A stretch of DNA of 64,000 nt from Terriglobia bacterium (GTDB lineage: Bacteria; Acidobacteriota; Terriglobia; 2-12-FULL-54-10), in contig OZ240237.1 in the NCBI GenBank assembly GCA_965198025.1, positions 1,689,093-1,753,092 on the forward strand, in the 5' to 3' direction. A program made the position numbers and the translations under genes. Positions 9,329 to 21,003 of the stretch are shown in pieces. The notes under the pieces were generated by a model, which worked only from the letters and a program-made list of their open reading frames with translations, was not told the DNA's origin and did not search any database. Positions within the stretch are counted from its first letter, which is position 1. Each line of letters starts with the position of its first letter.

Positions 9329-12300
9329 TCAGAAGGACAATCGCAACGCAAACTGGATTTGCCGCGACGTAGTAACCGTTTCGTTGATTCTACCCGCCGT
9401 CGGGTTCGGTCGGCCCGGATACGCTCCACTGAATACACCGCGCAAGGCCCGGCCGAAATTCGCCCGGTTGGGAACATTGAAGATCTCAGCACGGAACTGC
9501 AGCCGCCGCTTCGAATCCACCGTAAACTCGCGCTGTACCGACACGTCCACATTGAATACCCAGGGAGCCGTGAGCGTGTTGCGTCCCGCGTTCCCGATCG
9601 TGCCCGGCAGCGGCACGGAGAACGAACAGGGATCGAAATACATCTCCGGTCCGCCCAAGGGGATTCCCGCCGCAATGGTCGGCTGGCCCGTCCGCGGGTC
9701 GGCGCAGCCGGAAGAAACACCCTCGACCGGATTGTTCCTTCGTTCCGGCAACAGATTCGGTTGTGTCGCCGCAAACAGGTACCCCGGCGTTCGCACGCTC
9801 ACTCCAGCCGTAAACGGCGTCCCGGAACGCAGTGACAGGATGCCTCCAATCCGCCAGCCGCCGAACACCTTGGATGCGATCCCAGAATTCCACAAGGGCT
9901 GTCCTCCACCGAACGGCAGTGGATAGAGGTAGTTGAACGACAAACGGTGCCGCACGTCGAAATTCGACAACCCGCGCGCGAGAGTTCGGTCGAACCCGAA
10001 CTGCGTGCTCGCTTGGGAAGGATGGCTGGCATCATCCACCGACTTGCTGAAGCTGTAGCTGGCCCGCACGGACATCCCGCTCCCGGTTTGCCGCCCGCCA
10101 GAGATCTGCAAAGCGTTGAAGAACGATTGCGCGTCCATGCCACCGAACCCAAATTCGGAAAAGTGGGGATTCACCTGCGTCGTATCGGGCGGAAAGAACA
10201 GGCTGCCGTCTTCCTGGAGGATCGGAAACGGAAACTGCACGCCCTCGTAGGCCCGGATCAGGTGGTTTCCTCTTGCCCCCACGTAGGTCGCCTGCAAGCG
10301 CCAATCTTCCGGGAACGACTGTTGCACCGACGCCGTATATCGATACGTCACCGGCACGCGCGGGTTGAAATAATCCAGCGCCTTGCCATCATACGGTTGC
10401 CCGGCGACCGCCGCTGCCGAGTTCGGGAAAAACGAACTCGCATCGAAATTCGTCTTCACACCCCGGCTGTAGTACGGCGCGCTTGCGTCTCGTCCAAACA
10501 ATGCGTATCGCATGAGCGGGTCGTGATACACGCCGAATCCCAGACCGATCAAAGTGCCCGCCCGATTGCCAGGACTCCAGGTGAGACCGATCCGCGGCGC
10601 GAAGTCCTTCCCCGACGGATTCCGCGACAGTAAGCGCCCCCTAAAAGCCTCCGTGTCGTGCCACACGTCGGTTATATACGCGGTGTTGTTTTTCTGGTCG
10701 TGAATCAGCGTGGTGTATTCGTACCGAAGACCCAGGGAAAGGTGCAGGTTCGACCGCAACGCGATCGTATCCTGGAAATACAGACCCAGCAGCGTCTGCC
10801 GGTAAGCATGCGCCTTGTCCGATCCTTGCAGCGCGGCCCGGACATGGGTTCCTGTGATTCCGCCTTGCAAGAAGCTTTCCAAGCTGTTGAAGGTCCACTC
10901 CCCGGCCAGTGAGTTCTGACTGTCGGAATCCCAGCGATAGCGGTGCGCCTGGAATCCCCACTTCAACGTATGTTTGCCGTGCTGCACAAACGTATCGTTC
11001 GCGAACTGGAAGGTGTTGAGAATGCCTGTGTCCGGATGCTGCGATTCCGGACCGATGGTGCTCATACCCGAAACGCTGATCCGCCCAAACTTGAACGTCC
11101 CGGGTATCAGATACAGTTCCGGCGGAACGTCCGTACCCACCGAATCCCGGAATTGGGCGGAACGGGTGTAGCCAAACCGCAGGGCCGTCAATGCCCGCAA
11201 GTTAAAGATATGCGTCCCCACCACGGTGGCGTATTGCTGCCGACTAGTCGCGTCCGTCTGATAGAGCGTTGAGTCGCCCTTGCTCAAGCTTGTGGCATCG
11301 TCAAACGTATAGCGCGCAAACATGCTGTCCCGGTCCGATATCTCATGGTCCAGCCGCGTGGTAAAGAAGATTTCGTTGGTTGGCAGGAAGATGGTCGAGC
11401 GGTGCTCTGCGATCCCTCGCCCGAGCAGCGTGGAATTGGGCACCGGATAGAGATTCAGGTAATCCGGAATCCTCGGGTGGAGCGGGACCGTCGCGTTCCC
11501 GTTTGCGTCAGGAAATCCCAGCCGCGATTGCCCATCCGGGAAATAGTCCAGTTGGGTTTCCGACAGACGGTCCCGCAGGGCTTCCAGACTCCCCAGAAAG
11601 TACGTCGTGTCCTTGCGCACCGGCCCCGTCAGAGTGAATCCGAATTGGTTCCGCTTGAAGGGAGGGGGTTCGGCTTCCGGGTCGAAGAAATTCCGCGCGT
11701 CCAGCTTGCTGTTGCGCAAGTATTCGAACGCCGTGCCGTGGAACTCCGGCGTGCCGGAATGGGTGATCGAGTTCACCACGCCGCCGGCCCCCCGGCCATG
11801 ATCGGGTCCGAAGTAGGAGCTGAACACCTGCACTTCGTACACGGCATCCGAACCAAGCTGCACCCCGGCGGCGCTGCGGGGCACCTGGTTGCTGCTGTCC
11901 ATGATGTTCGTGCCGTCCAACAGAAAATTGTTCGAGGTCGGGCGGCCCCCTGCCACGGTCAGGCTGCCTCCACCGACGCCGCGCGAAGCCGAGGCGCTCG
12001 CGGTCTCCGTTACCCCCGCTTGCAGCGTCGCGAGCTGGTTATAGCTTCGGCCGTTCAAGGGCAGGCCCGACAACTGCGTGGAGTCAATCTGCTGGACCGA
12101 TGCTGCGGCCGCGCGGTCACCCCGTCCGACCGGGTCCTGCGAAGCAATCCGGCTTGCGAGTACCAGTTCGATCGTGGCTTCCTCCCCGGCCCCAAGCGCC
12201 CGTCGGAGTACGGAACTGCTTGCTCCCAAGACAGCCGCGATTTCATAGTTTCCCGGCGCAACCGCCGCGAATTCAAATCGCCCGTCTGCTTCCGTCGAGG

Positions 12301-12499
12301 CGCTGTGTTGCGCCCCTGTGGCAATGTTCCGCGCTGTTACCGTAGCGCCCGCAACCGGTGAACCCAGAGCGTCCATCACCCTTCCCTGCAATCTCCCGGC
12401 CCCGTCTTGTCCCTGGAGCGGCGCTGGTTGCCCCAGGGCCAAAACCATCCCGGCAAGCAGACAAGCAACTCGGAATAGAACCCAAAAATCTTTCTTCAT
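9329..12499 (-). CDS. TonB-dependent receptor-like outer membrane protein with N-terminal carboxypeptidase-regulatory-like domain
   Basis: Signal peptide; CarboxypepD_reg-like segment GRVMDALGSPVAGATVTARN...ADGRFEFAAVAPGNYEI; same plug motif and the same C-terminus QIQFALRLSF; only 21 nt from the downstream paralog. Confidence 0.85.
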   Translation of the reverse strand: MKKDFWVLFRVACLLAGMVLALGQPAPLQGQDGAGRLQGRVMDALGSPVAGATVTARNIATGAQHSASTEADGRFEFAAVAPGNYEIAAVLGASSSVLRRALGAGEEATIELVLASRIASQDPVGRGDRAAAASVQQIDSTQLSGLPLNGRSYNQLATLQAGVTETASASASRGVGGGSLTVAGGRPTSNNFLLDGTNIMDSSNQVPRSAAGVQLGSDAVYEVQVFSSYFGPDHGRGAGGVVNSITHSGTPEFHGTAFEYLRNSKLDARNFFDPEAEPPPFKRNQFGFTLTGPVRKDTTYFLGSLEALRDRLSETQLDYFPDGQSRLGFPDANGNATVPLHPRIPDYLNLYPVPNSTLLGRGIAEHRSTIFLPTNEIFFTTRLDHEISDRDSMFARYTFDDATSLSKGDSTLYQTDATSRQQYATVVGTHIFNLRALTALRFGYTRSAQFRDSVGTDVPPELYLIPGTFKFGRISVSGMSTIGPESQHPDTGILNTFQFANDTFVQHGKHTLKWGFQAHRYRWDSDSQNSLAGEWTFNSLESFLQGGITGTHVRAALQGSDKAHAYRQTLLGLYFQDTIALRSNLHLSLGLRYEYTTLIHDQKNNTAYITDVWHDTEAFRGRLLSRNPSGKDFAPRIGLTWSPGNRAGTLIGLGFGVYHDPLMRYALFGRDASAPYYSRGVKTNFDASSFFPNSAAAVAGQPYDGKALDYFNPRVPVTYRYTASVQQSFPEDWRLQATYVGARGNHLIRAYEGVQFPFPILQEDGSLFFPPDTTQVNPHFSEFGFGGMDAQSFFNALQISGGRQTGSGMSVRASYSFSKSVDDASHPSQASTQFGFDRTLARGLSNFDVRHRLSFNYLYPLPFGGGQPLWNSGIASKVFGGWRIGGILSLRSGTPFTAGVSVRTPGYLFAATQPNLLPERRNNPVEGVSSGCADPRTGQPTIAAGIPLGGPEMYFDPCSFSVPLPGTIGNAGRNTLTAPWVFNVDVSVQREFTVDSKRRLQFRAEIFNVPNRANFGRALRGVFSGAYPGRPNPTAGRINETVTTSRQIQFALRLSF

Positions 12500-12608
12500 C
12501 GCAATCGGTTCCTTATGTCCCAGTTTGACAGGAAGTTGCAGCGCGAACTGGAACGCCGCGTGGGAGCAATTGCGCTGTGAATTGGAATGCAGAAACTACA
12601 GTGAGGGT

Positions 12609-13052
12609 TCACGAAGCAAGGCCCTTTCCGCATTTCCCGCAGAACTGGTGGCCCGCAGGGTTCTCCGCCTGACAGAAAGGGCAGGTCTTCATGCTGGCGC
12701 GATGGGCCGATCCGGCTTTCACTTTCTCCTTGGTTTCCAAAGCACGCGGCTTAGCGGGCTTCGCCGTGGCGGCCTCTAAGCGCTCGATGGTGTCCATAAT
12801 TCCGGCTAAGTCCCCAAGGAAACCGGCTTTCAGCGACTGGTAATCGTCGTCGGAGAGCTTTCCTTGAAGGTATTCAAACTGCAAATCCTTCAAGTTGTCG
12901 TACAGGATCTGTCGTCTCCGTTCCAGATGCCGCAATTCAGGGTTCTCGAAAGGCAGGGGCGGAATATCCCGGTCCCGAACATACAACGTGAAACCGATTG
13001 CACCCACAGCCAACACTGCGCATACGAGCCAGATCACAGCTTCTCCTGGCAA
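12609..13052 (-). CDS. hypothetical single-pass membrane protein with a C-terminal zinc-ribbon (CPFC...CGKC)
   Basis: N-terminal TM helix, a charged/coiled middle and C-terminal CPFCQAENPAGHQFCGKCGKGL; lies immediately upstream (same strand) of the tandem receptor genes. Confidence 0.5.
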   Translation of the reverse strand: MPGEAVIWLVCAVLAVGAIGFTLYVRDRDIPPLPFENPELRHLERRRQILYDNLKDLQFEYLQGKLSDDDYQSLKAGFLGDLAGIMDTIERLEAATAKPAKPRALETKEKVKAGSAHRASMKTCPFCQAENPAGHQFCGKCGKGLAS

Positions 13053-13505
13053 TCCATCCCGCCACCTCGGCGCGCGCTGCCTTCATCCCCGATTTTGTCG
13101 GCAAGCCCCGCAGACAGGTACCAATCTTTGCAGACCACCAGTTTACACGCTTCGGTACCATTTCACACGCAAAAAGGTAGTGTTTGAGTTTCGCTGAGGG
13201 TCTCACCGGCTATACAAGCGGGCGTTTTCGGACCATTTGTGAGACATGGAAGCAACTGAGACACTACCCGCAACCTACCCATATGATTTCATGGAACTGT
13301 GGAAGCTGCCGTCGGCACGTGCGGTGCGTCCCACCTGGACCCCGGCGCCGTTCTGCCAAACCACATGCTGGCTGCGCTGTGCTCTTTCGGTAACCACTAA
13401 TCTTCTGCCAATGCGTCCCTAACCCATTGCCAGTGTCTCATTGCAACGTATTATAGAGCCTCGGATAGCTGCAAACCTTGACAACAATTTGGAGAGAGAG
13501 CCTTC

Positions 13506-13700
13506 ATGTCCTTCCTAGATGCTTCTCTGCGGGGTCCTCTCGAGCAGACCGAAAGACCAGAGCGATCCTCGGGCCCGGACTCTTCCACCGATTCAGCCCT
13601 GGCGCGGATCTGCATAGAACTTTTTACCCTGGCAGGCCTTTATGCTGCAGTGATTGGTTTAATTGCTGGGATCGGTGCGGCTCTCTTGTTTGCTGACTAG
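13506..13700 (+). CDS. possible small membrane protein (64 aa, C-terminal TM helix)
   Basis: Preceded by GGAGAGAGAG at RBS distance; C-terminal hydrophobic helix LAGLYAAVIGLIAGIGAALLF; no homology support. Confidence 0.3.
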   Translation: MSFLDASLRGPLEQTERPERSSGPDSSTDSALARICIELFTLAGLYAAVIGLIAGIGAALLFAD

Positions 13701-13802
13701 ATTCTGCCTTTCGCTTGCCTCCTCTTTCGGAGGAGTACCTCCCCCTTTCATATCCCGTACGTTTCGGCCCATAATGGACTCAGCGAGGCAACCACCTTTC
13801 CG

Positions 13803-15224
13803 ATGCGCAACCAGATTCAGCGAACGATTCGGCGGTTCCATATGATTTCCCCCGGGCAGCGTATCGCCGCGGCCTGTTCCGGGGGACCAGATTCAACGGG
13901 GTTACTCCTGATCTTGCAGCAGCTTGCCCCGGAATTGGGCTGCACCCTTGCGGTTGTACACTTCAACCATAAGTGGCGGTCTGCGGAATCCGATCAGGAT
14001 GAGCTGTTCGTCCGTAACCTCGCCGAACGGTTGGACTTGCCTTTTCATGCCGCGGCCGCCGACACGCGCACTGAGCGTACCCGGGGGAATCTTGAACAAA
14101 CCGCCCGCCAACTTCGCTACGACTACTTCTTCTCGCTGATCGAATCCGGCTGGGCCGACCGAATTGCTGTCGGCCATACTGCCGACGACCAAGCGGAAAC
14201 CGTCCTGCAGCGGTTGCTTCGAGGGGCTGGGAATCGCGGCCTGGCAGCCATTTATCCCACTCGAGAGAACTGGCTGATTCGCCCGCTGCTGGATACGAGC
14301 CGACAGGATGTCCTGGACTGGCTCCAGAGCCGCGGGCAGAGCTGGAGGGAGGATTCGAGCAATCAGGATTCCCGCTACATGCGAAATCGGATCCGACAGC
14401 AGTTGTTGCCGGTTCTGACCGAATGGAATCCTTCCATCGTAAGTGTTCTCACCCGCAGTGCAGAGATCGCGCGGGACGAGGAAGCGTTTTGGGGCGAGTA
14501 TCTGAACCCTCTTGTACAGCAATACCTCCACAAGAGTGAAGGGATCTTGCGAGTTGAGATTGGCCCCTTGCGGAACATGCCGGTGGCTGTTGCCCGACGG
14601 TTCCTTAGGCATGCCCTGGAAGAGACGGCCTTGAGCGATGCTAGCGATGGACAACGCAGAAGGCAGGGGCGCTCCACTGGGGCGTCCGACTTTGGTTCTG
14701 TTCAAAGAGTCCTTACCCTGGCATTGAGCGGACGAAGTGGAACGACTCTTTTTCTCCCGGGACGCATCCGGGTAAGGAAAGAATTCACCACCCTCTTGCT
14801 GGAAAGGTCGGATGCAGACCAAGCTGCCTTTGCAGGGTATTCATACAAGGTAACCATCCCGAAAACGGTACGGGTGCCGGAGATCCCCAGTTTGTTTGCG
14901 TTCGAATTAATCCCTTTGGCATCCGGGTCGGCGCGCTATAATGGGAAGCGGGAGAATTTGTTAGATCTCGGAATCATGCGGGAATCGCTGGTCTTGCGAA
15001 ATTGGCAGGCCGGAGATTCCTACCGTCAAGAGGGACAGCGAAAACCGCGGAAAATCAAGGAACTTTTCCAGCGCTGGCGCGTCTCTAGAAGTGAGCGGCA
15101 GTCCTGGCCGGTAGTAGTGGCTGGCGGTCAGATTGTCTGGAGCCGCCGGTGGGGAGTCGCGGAAGGATTCGCGCCCCGCCCAGGAAGTACGGAGGCGCTT
15201 TGCATTCGGGAGCAGGTTGACTAG
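13803..15224 (+). CDS. tilS: tRNA(Ile)-lysidine synthetase TilS (alternative start at 13842, MISPGQ)
   Basis: PP-loop SGGPDS, the ...VVHFNHKWR... block and C-terminal substrate-binding region; located upstream of ftsH as in many bacteria. Confidence 0.85.
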   Translation: MRNQIQRTIRRFHMISPGQRIAAACSGGPDSTGLLLILQQLAPELGCTLAVVHFNHKWRSAESDQDELFVRNLAERLDLPFHAAAADTRTERTRGNLEQTARQLRYDYFFSLIESGWADRIAVGHTADDQAETVLQRLLRGAGNRGLAAIYPTRENWLIRPLLDTSRQDVLDWLQSRGQSWREDSSNQDSRYMRNRIRQQLLPVLTEWNPSIVSVLTRSAEIARDEEAFWGEYLNPLVQQYLHKSEGILRVEIGPLRNMPVAVARRFLRHALEETALSDASDGQRRRQGRSTGASDFGSVQRVLTLALSGRSGTTLFLPGRIRVRKEFTTLLLERSDADQAAFAGYSYKVTIPKTVRVPEIPSLFAFELIPLASGSARYNGKRENLLDLGIMRESLVLRNWQAGDSYRQEGQRKPRKIKELFQRWRVSRSERQSWPVVVAGGQIVWSRRWGVAEGFAPRPGSTEALCIREQVD

Positions 15225-15318
15225 GGAACTGAGATTGAAAGTAGTCTTCCATTATGTAGCGGAACTTCCGGCCGAAGCATCGAATTAGGTGGGGAACTGA
15301 GAGGGGATTGCAACAGAA

Positions 15319-17238
15319 GTGAACTCCACTGTAAGAACCATCGTATTCTGGGTCGTGATGCTGGCAACCGCCCTGCTGCTCTGGCAGGTGGTCAAGACCG
15401 GCAGCCCGACCCGCGAGCGGGAACTCTCGTTTACCCAGTTCATGACGGACGTCGAAGCAGGCAATGTTGCCGAGGTCACGATCTACGGTAACAACGAAGT
15501 CCGAGGCCAGTTCAGGCGGGACGACACCCTTCTGAAGACCGTGGTTCCAACCGACTATCCAGACCTGATCCGAATTCTGCGCGAACAAGAAGTGATTATC
15601 ACCGTCGAGGAAAGCTCCACCAGTTCCTGGGTGAGCATTCTCCTGAACGCTTCCCCCTTCCTGCTGCTGATCGGATTCTGGATCTTCATGATGCGGCAGA
15701 TGCAGACCGGCGGCAATAAGGCGTTGTCCTTCGGCAAGAGCCGCGCCCGCTTGCTCTCCTCCCAACAGAAAAAGCTTACCTTCAAAGATGTCGCCGGGGT
15801 TGACGAAGCGAAGGAAGAACTTCAGGAGATTATCGAGTTTCTTCGTGACCCGCGGAAATTCCAAAAGCTGGGCGGCCGCATTCCCAAGGGGGTATTGCTG
15901 GTTGGCCCACCGGGAACGGGCAAGACTCTTCTGGCCCGCGCGGTTGCGGGAGAAGCCAATGTCCCCTTCTTCTCGATCAGCGGCTCTGACTTCGTCGAGA
16001 TGTTTGTCGGAGTCGGGGCGAGCCGTGTCCGCGACCTGTTTGGGCAAGGAAAGAAGAATGCCCCCTGCATCATCTTCATAGACGAAATCGACGCCGTCGG
16101 CCGCCACCGCGGGGCAGGCCTGGGAGGCGGACACGACGAGAGGGAGCAAACGCTCAATCAACTGCTGGTAGAGATGGACGGCTTTGAGTCGAATGAAGGC
16201 GTCATCCTGATGGCCGCCACCAATCGGCCGGATGTTCTCGATCCGGCGTTGCTGCGCCCCGGACGCTTTGACCGCCGGGTTGTCGTGCCGCGGCCCGACG
16301 TCAACGGACGCACCGGAATCCTGCAGGTGCATGTCCGCAAGGTCCCCACGGCGGATGACGTGGAACTTTCCGTGATTGCGCGTGGGACGCCGGGATTTTC
16401 CGGGGCCGATCTTGCCAATGTGGTAAACGAGGCCGCGCTGATTGCCGCGCGGCAAGGGCGCCGGGCCGTTATGATGGCCGATTTCGAGATGGCTAAGGAC
16501 AAGGTCCTGATGGGCGTCGAGCGCCGGTCCATGATCCTGAGCGAGGAAGAAAAGAAAACCACCGCGTATCACGAAGCCGGCCACGCACTGGTAGCCATGG
16601 TGACTCCGAACGCCGACCCGGTCCATAAGGTGACGATTATTCCGCGCGGTATGGCGCTGGGCGTCACAATGCAGCTGCCTGTGGACGATAAACACAATTA
16701 CACCAAGGCATACCTGGAGAGCCGCGTCACGGTCATGATGGGCGGGCGCGCGGCCGAGGAATTGTTCCTTACCCATCAAACCACCGGCGCCGGAAACGAC
16801 ATCGAGCAGGCCACCGAGATTGCGCGCAAGATGGTATGCGAATGGGGTATGAGCAACCTGGGTCCGATCACGTTCGGGAAGAAGGAAGAGCAGATTTTCC
16901 TCGGGCGCGAGATCGCCCAGCATCGGGACTACAGCGAGGGCACGGCCATCCGGATTGACAATGAAGTGCACCGCATCGTCGACACGGCCTACCAGCAGGC
17001 CAAGACCATCATCGAGGAACGGCGCGATGTTCTGGTTCGAATTGCAGAGGCACTGCTCGAGCGCGAGGTGCTCGACGCGCATGAAGTCCAACTGCTGATC
17101 GAAGGCAAGCCCCTGGCGAAGCCGGTTGTCCAGAAACCTCCCTCTGAAGAGCCAGTGGAAACGCAGGAAGTCCTCAAGCCGGTGGCGCGGAATCCTGAGA
17201 AACCGCTCACCGAGGGCGAAAAGCCCGCTCCTGCCTGA
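15319..17238 (+). CDS. ftsH: ATP-dependent zinc metalloprotease FtsH (GTG start)
   Basis: Two N-terminal TM segments; AAA+ Walker A GPPGTGKT; second-region-of-homology motif; zinc site HEAGHA; 639 aa. Confidence 0.95.
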   Translation: MNSTVRTIVFWVVMLATALLLWQVVKTGSPTRERELSFTQFMTDVEAGNVAEVTIYGNNEVRGQFRRDDTLLKTVVPTDYPDLIRILREQEVIITVEESSTSSWVSILLNASPFLLLIGFWIFMMRQMQTGGNKALSFGKSRARLLSSQQKKLTFKDVAGVDEAKEELQEIIEFLRDPRKFQKLGGRIPKGVLLVGPPGTGKTLLARAVAGEANVPFFSISGSDFVEMFVGVGASRVRDLFGQGKKNAPCIIFIDEIDAVGRHRGAGLGGGHDEREQTLNQLLVEMDGFESNEGVILMAATNRPDVLDPALLRPGRFDRRVVVPRPDVNGRTGILQVHVRKVPTADDVELSVIARGTPGFSGADLANVVNEAALIAARQGRRAVMMADFEMAKDKVLMGVERRSMILSEEEKKTTAYHEAGHALVAMVTPNADPVHKVTIIPRGMALGVTMQLPVDDKHNYTKAYLESRVTVMMGGRAAEELFLTHQTTGAGNDIEQATEIARKMVCEWGMSNLGPITFGKKEEQIFLGREIAQHRDYSEGTAIRIDNEVHRIVDTAYQQAKTIIEERRDVLVRIAEALLEREVLDAHEVQLLIEGKPLAKPVVQKPPSEEPVETQEVLKPVARNPEKPLTEGEKPAPA

Positions 17239-17720
17239 ATCCATTTGGATGCCGAACCTTCGGTTCCAGTGAGCCTTCCCTCCCAAGGAGGGATTCGCAG
17301 TGCCACGGAGTCTCATTGAGGTCCCTTTTCCAGAGAAGTAGGTGCTTCGTTCAGGTCTTTCTTGCCACGGGATCTCGTTTTCTGACGCATGCCGACTGGG
17401 ATTGGCATGAATGGTGATCGCCGATGCTGGATCATCGTGGAGACTGACACTACGGAAGAAGCTCGAAACATTCTCCCGCCGACGTTTCGCCTCCGAAGCA
17501 AGAATCTGCGGACTAAAACGGTTTACCATGGAACAGATCGAAGATATTCTTGCTCGCCATAAGTCGTCCTGAGCGTGGCCCCAAGGCGACTTCGCATAAG
17601 GTGCGAACCAATCGAGCGAGCGCCCGCGGAGCATTGCAGCATTTGCCTCTTCCCCGACGCAACGCCTTCTCACTGCAGCTTCCCCGAAGGACCCTGTCGC
17701 TTGGAAACCGAACGCTCGTG

Positions 17721-18575
17721 ATGGGAATTCTGAACGTCACCCCGGATTCGTTTTCCGAGCAGGGGCGCTACTTGGACCACAAGGCCGCCGTCGCACGAGG
17801 TCTTGAAATTGAGCGGGAAGGAGCTGACCTGGTCGACATCGGTGGTGAGTCTACACGTCCGGGCGCCTTGCCCGTCGACCTCGAAGAGGAGTTGGACCGC
17901 ACCATCCCCGTGATCGAGGCGCTGCGGGCAAGAGGCCTTCGCATCCCTATTTCGATTGATACTTACAAGGCACAAGTGGCCGAGAGGGCGATCGAGGCCG
18001 GGGCGGAGATTGTGAACGACGTAAGCGGTTTGCGCTTTGGCACTTCGATGGGAGCAACGGTGGCGCGGTCCAGAGCTGCGATCGTCTTGATGCACATGCG
18101 CGGAACGCCACGAACAATGCAGCAACTGCGGCCGGTCCAGAATAGTGTGCCCATCGTTCGGCGAGGCCTTGCTGAGGCTCTGCGAAGGGCGCTGCGCGCG
18201 GGCATTCGAAAGCGGAAGGTCATGCTCGATCCGGGAATCGGCTTCGGCAAGACTGTGGGGCAGAACTTCGAGATCCTCAACGCCCTCCACCGCTTCGCCA
18301 CACTGGGTTACCCGATCCTGGTAGGTCCCTCCCGGAAATCCTTTATCCAGGCGACAGTCGCGGATCTACCGGCAGCGCGGGCCGGCAAACTGAAGCAGCG
18401 GGCAACCGAGGCGAAACGGCACGCTAGCCCCGTGCCGGAGGAATTGTTCTTTGGCACGGCCGCCGCAGTCACTGCCGCCGTCCTGCACGGCGCCCACATT
18501 GTGCGCCTTCACGACGTGCGGCAGATGTTACCCGTCGTGCGTGTTGCAGATCAGTTCCTGGCTGCCGGTTCGTGA
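17721..18575 (+). CDS. folP: dihydropteroate synthase (track ORF extends upstream to 17550; ATG at 17721 fits the family N-terminus)
   Basis: MGILNVTPDSFSEQG...DIGGESTRPGA... is a pterin-binding DHPS signature; directly downstream of ftsH (classic ftsH-folP synteny). Confidence 0.9.
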   Translation: MGILNVTPDSFSEQGRYLDHKAAVARGLEIEREGADLVDIGGESTRPGALPVDLEEELDRTIPVIEALRARGLRIPISIDTYKAQVAERAIEAGAEIVNDVSGLRFGTSMGATVARSRAAIVLMHMRGTPRTMQQLRPVQNSVPIVRRGLAEALRRALRAGIRKRKVMLDPGIGFGKTVGQNFEILNALHRFATLGYPILVGPSRKSFIQATVADLPAARAGKLKQRATEAKRHASPVPEELFFGTAAAVTAAVLHGAHIVRLHDVRQMLPVVRVADQFLAAGS

Positions 18576-18634
18576 GGCGCCAGATCGTAACGATGGCTCC
18601 GATTTTTGGCCCGGAACTTTCCAATCCGGAGCCG

Positions 18635-20692
18635 CTAGCCTATGGCAATCAGCGGAGCGATGATCAGAGAGACCACCGCCATTAACTTGATCAGGATGTT
18701 CATGGAAGGGCCGGACGTGTCTTTGAACGGATCGCCTACCGTGTCGCCGACGACGGCGGCTTTGTGAGCGTCGGTTCCCTTCTTCTCCCCTGCGACTCCT
18801 CCCTGCTCGATCAGCTTCTTGGCGTTGTCCCAAGCACCACCCGCATTGGCCATCATCAGGGCCAGCAGCACTCCCGTTACCGTGGCTCCGGCTAGCATTC
18901 CACCCAGCGCCTCCGGCCCCAAGGCATATCCGACAATCAATGGCGATGCTACAGCAGTTATTCCGGGAGCTATCATTTCTCCTAACGCAGCCCTCGTGGC
19001 AATGTCTACGCAGCGCGCTGCATCCGGCTTGGCGGCTGGGTCCCCTTGCAGCAGGCCGGGAATTTCACGGAACTGGCGGCGAATTTCATCCACCATCCTT
19101 CCCGCTGCATTGCCGACGCTGGTCATGGTCAGGGCTGCAATAAAGAACGGCAACGTTCCGCCAATGAACAGACCAATCACCAGATTCGGATCGGTGATCT
19201 CCAGAACAATCGGAGAAAGGTCATTCCGGTCCCGCACAAAATTCACTGCCTGGGTGTAAGCAGAAAACAGCGCGAGCGATGTCAGCGCAGCCGACCCAAT
19301 GGCGAACCCTTTGCCGATTGCAGCGGTGGTGTTCCCCAGTGAATCCAGCTTGTCGGTAATCTTGCGAACATCCGGACCCAGGCGGCTCATCTCGGAGATG
19401 CCTCCCGCATTGTCAGCAATGGGACCATATGCGTCCACGCTCATCGTAATTCCGACCGTCGCTAGCATGCTCACTGCAGCGATTCCGATTCCGTACAGGC
19501 CGCCGACCTGGTTTGCCACGTAAATCGCGGCGCAAATCGTCAGGGCCGGCAGCGCACAGCTCTCCATGCCCACCGCGATTCCCCGAATGATGTTCGTTGC
19601 AGAACCCGTCTTCGAGGCTTCCGCAATCGAATGAATCGGACGGTTGGACGTATAAAATTCCGTCAGCAGCCCGATGGCAATGCCTCCGATGACACCGGCT
19701 ACCACCGCCCAAAACACATTGGCATTGACCGCAGATTGCGATATCAAATAGTAGGCTGCAGCCAGGAACAGAGCGGCCGCCAGAATGGTCGCGTTGCGTA
19801 ATGCCCCGGCAGGACCAAATGCCTTGAGTACCCGCATGGCAGCGATTCCTACCAAAGAAGCGAACAGACCCAGGACAGCGAGCGTCAGCGGGAGTGCCAT
19901 TAACACGGCCACCGGGACAGCCGCTGTAGCTGCGTCGCTCAAGGTCTGCAATCCCGCAGGGGTCAGCGTGGCGGCGATCGCGATGGTCGCTACGATGGAT
20001 CCGACGTAAGACTCAAAAATATCTGCTCCCATTCCGGCTACGTCCCCGACGTTATCACCCACGTTATCGGCAATTACTCCGGGATTGCGAGGATCGTCTT
20101 CTGGGATGCCTGCTTCCACTTTCCCTACGAGATCGCTACCGACGTCCGCCGCCTTTGTAAAAATTCCTCCGCCAACTCTGGCAAAAAAAGCAATGGAACT
20201 GGCGCCCATGGCGAAGCCGTTCAAGTGCATCGCCGTTTCCGGATTGCCGAAAAAACCGTAAACAATGCCGAGCCCCAATAGCCCCAGGCTGGCCACGGCC
20301 AATCCCATGACCGTGCCTCCGTCAAAAGAGACCAGCAATGCAGAGCCCTCACCACCCGACCGGGCTGCTTCTGCCGTGCGGACGTTCGCCTTGGTGGCTG
20401 CCTTCATACCCAAGAAGCCCGCCAGGGCCGAGCAGATGGCTCCGCTGATAAAACAAACCGCAGTCAACACGTGTAGCCGCCAAGCGAGCAGAACCGCCAC
20501 CACCAGAACAAACCCGGCCAGTATGCTGTATTCACGTTTCAAAAAGGCCATGGCACCGGAGTGAATGCGTTCTGCGATTTCCCGCATCAGCTCGTTGCCG
20601 TCACCTCGCCGAACGATTGCCATGTAGATGGCAAGGGCAACGGCCAGTCCAAAAACTCCCGCGTAGGGAGCTATGGAAGTTAGATCGTCCAT
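18635..20692 (-). CDS. hppA: membrane-bound proton-translocating pyrophosphatase (H+-PPase)
   Basis: 685 aa polytopic membrane protein with [10 protein letters not shown] (H+-PPase signature) and [15 protein letters not shown] motifs. Confidence 0.95.
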   Translation of the reverse strand: MDDLTSIAPYAGVFGLAVALAIYMAIVRRGDGNELMREIAERIHSGAMAFLKREYSILAGFVLVVAVLLAWRLHVLTAVCFISGAICSALAGFLGMKAATKANVRTAEAARSGGEGSALLVSFDGGTVMGLAVASLGLLGLGIVYGFFGNPETAMHLNGFAMGASSIAFFARVGGGIFTKAADVGSDLVGKVEAGIPEDDPRNPGVIADNVGDNVGDVAGMGADIFESYVGSIVATIAIAATLTPAGLQTLSDAATAAVPVAVLMALPLTLAVLGLFASLVGIAAMRVLKAFGPAGALRNATILAAALFLAAAYYLISQSAVNANVFWAVVAGVIGGIAIGLLTEFYTSNRPIHSIAEASKTGSATNIIRGIAVGMESCALPALTICAAIYVANQVGGLYGIGIAAVSMLATVGITMSVDAYGPIADNAGGISEMSRLGPDVRKITDKLDSLGNTTAAIGKGFAIGSAALTSLALFSAYTQAVNFVRDRNDLSPIVLEITDPNLVIGLFIGGTLPFFIAALTMTSVGNAAGRMVDEIRRQFREIPGLLQGDPAAKPDAARCVDIATRAALGEMIAPGITAVASPLIVGYALGPEALGGMLAGATVTGVLLALMMANAGGAWDNAKKLIEQGGVAGEKKGTDAHKAAVVGDTVGDPFKDTSGPSMNILIKLMAVVSLIIAPLIAIG

Positions 20693-21003
20693 TGGAATGA
20701 GAAGCCCTCCGTTACAGATGTCGTCAAAGCAAAGAAATGTTCGTGTGTCCCTGCCGGCCGCAGGCTACCACGTCCTCCTCCACATGATCCCTTAGTGTGA
20801 AGCATTAACGGACGGAAAGAGAACATTTCGCAAGCAGTATCGGCGGGCGTTGCTACACTCGCCAAGATTTCGCTCGGTCTTTCCTTTCCTTGTGGTCAGG
20901 ATCGTGCCCGGATGATTATCTGTCGCGCGAAACCAACCCTGCGTCATGGCAAGTACCGCTTTCCTCGCTCTCTCGCCATGCGCAGAGAATCGCCGCGTCA
21001 CCG

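Noticed and set aside
6290-12499. The two tandem TonB-receptor ORFs are in the same reading frame, separated by 21 nt
   Set aside because: Unlike the propeller case, the downstream gene has its own start, signal peptide and complete domain set. The same frame is a 1-in-3 coincidence.
13184-13393. 69-aa ORF in the gap between the zinc-ribbon gene and tilS
   Set aside because: No RBS, and the composition is unlike neighbouring genes. It is probably non-coding leader/promoter DNA.
17278-17294. Hairpin ccctcc-caa-ggaggg after the ftsH stop as a terminator
   Set aside because: There is no following T-tract. It contains a GGAGG-like sequence that may simply be part of the folP leader.
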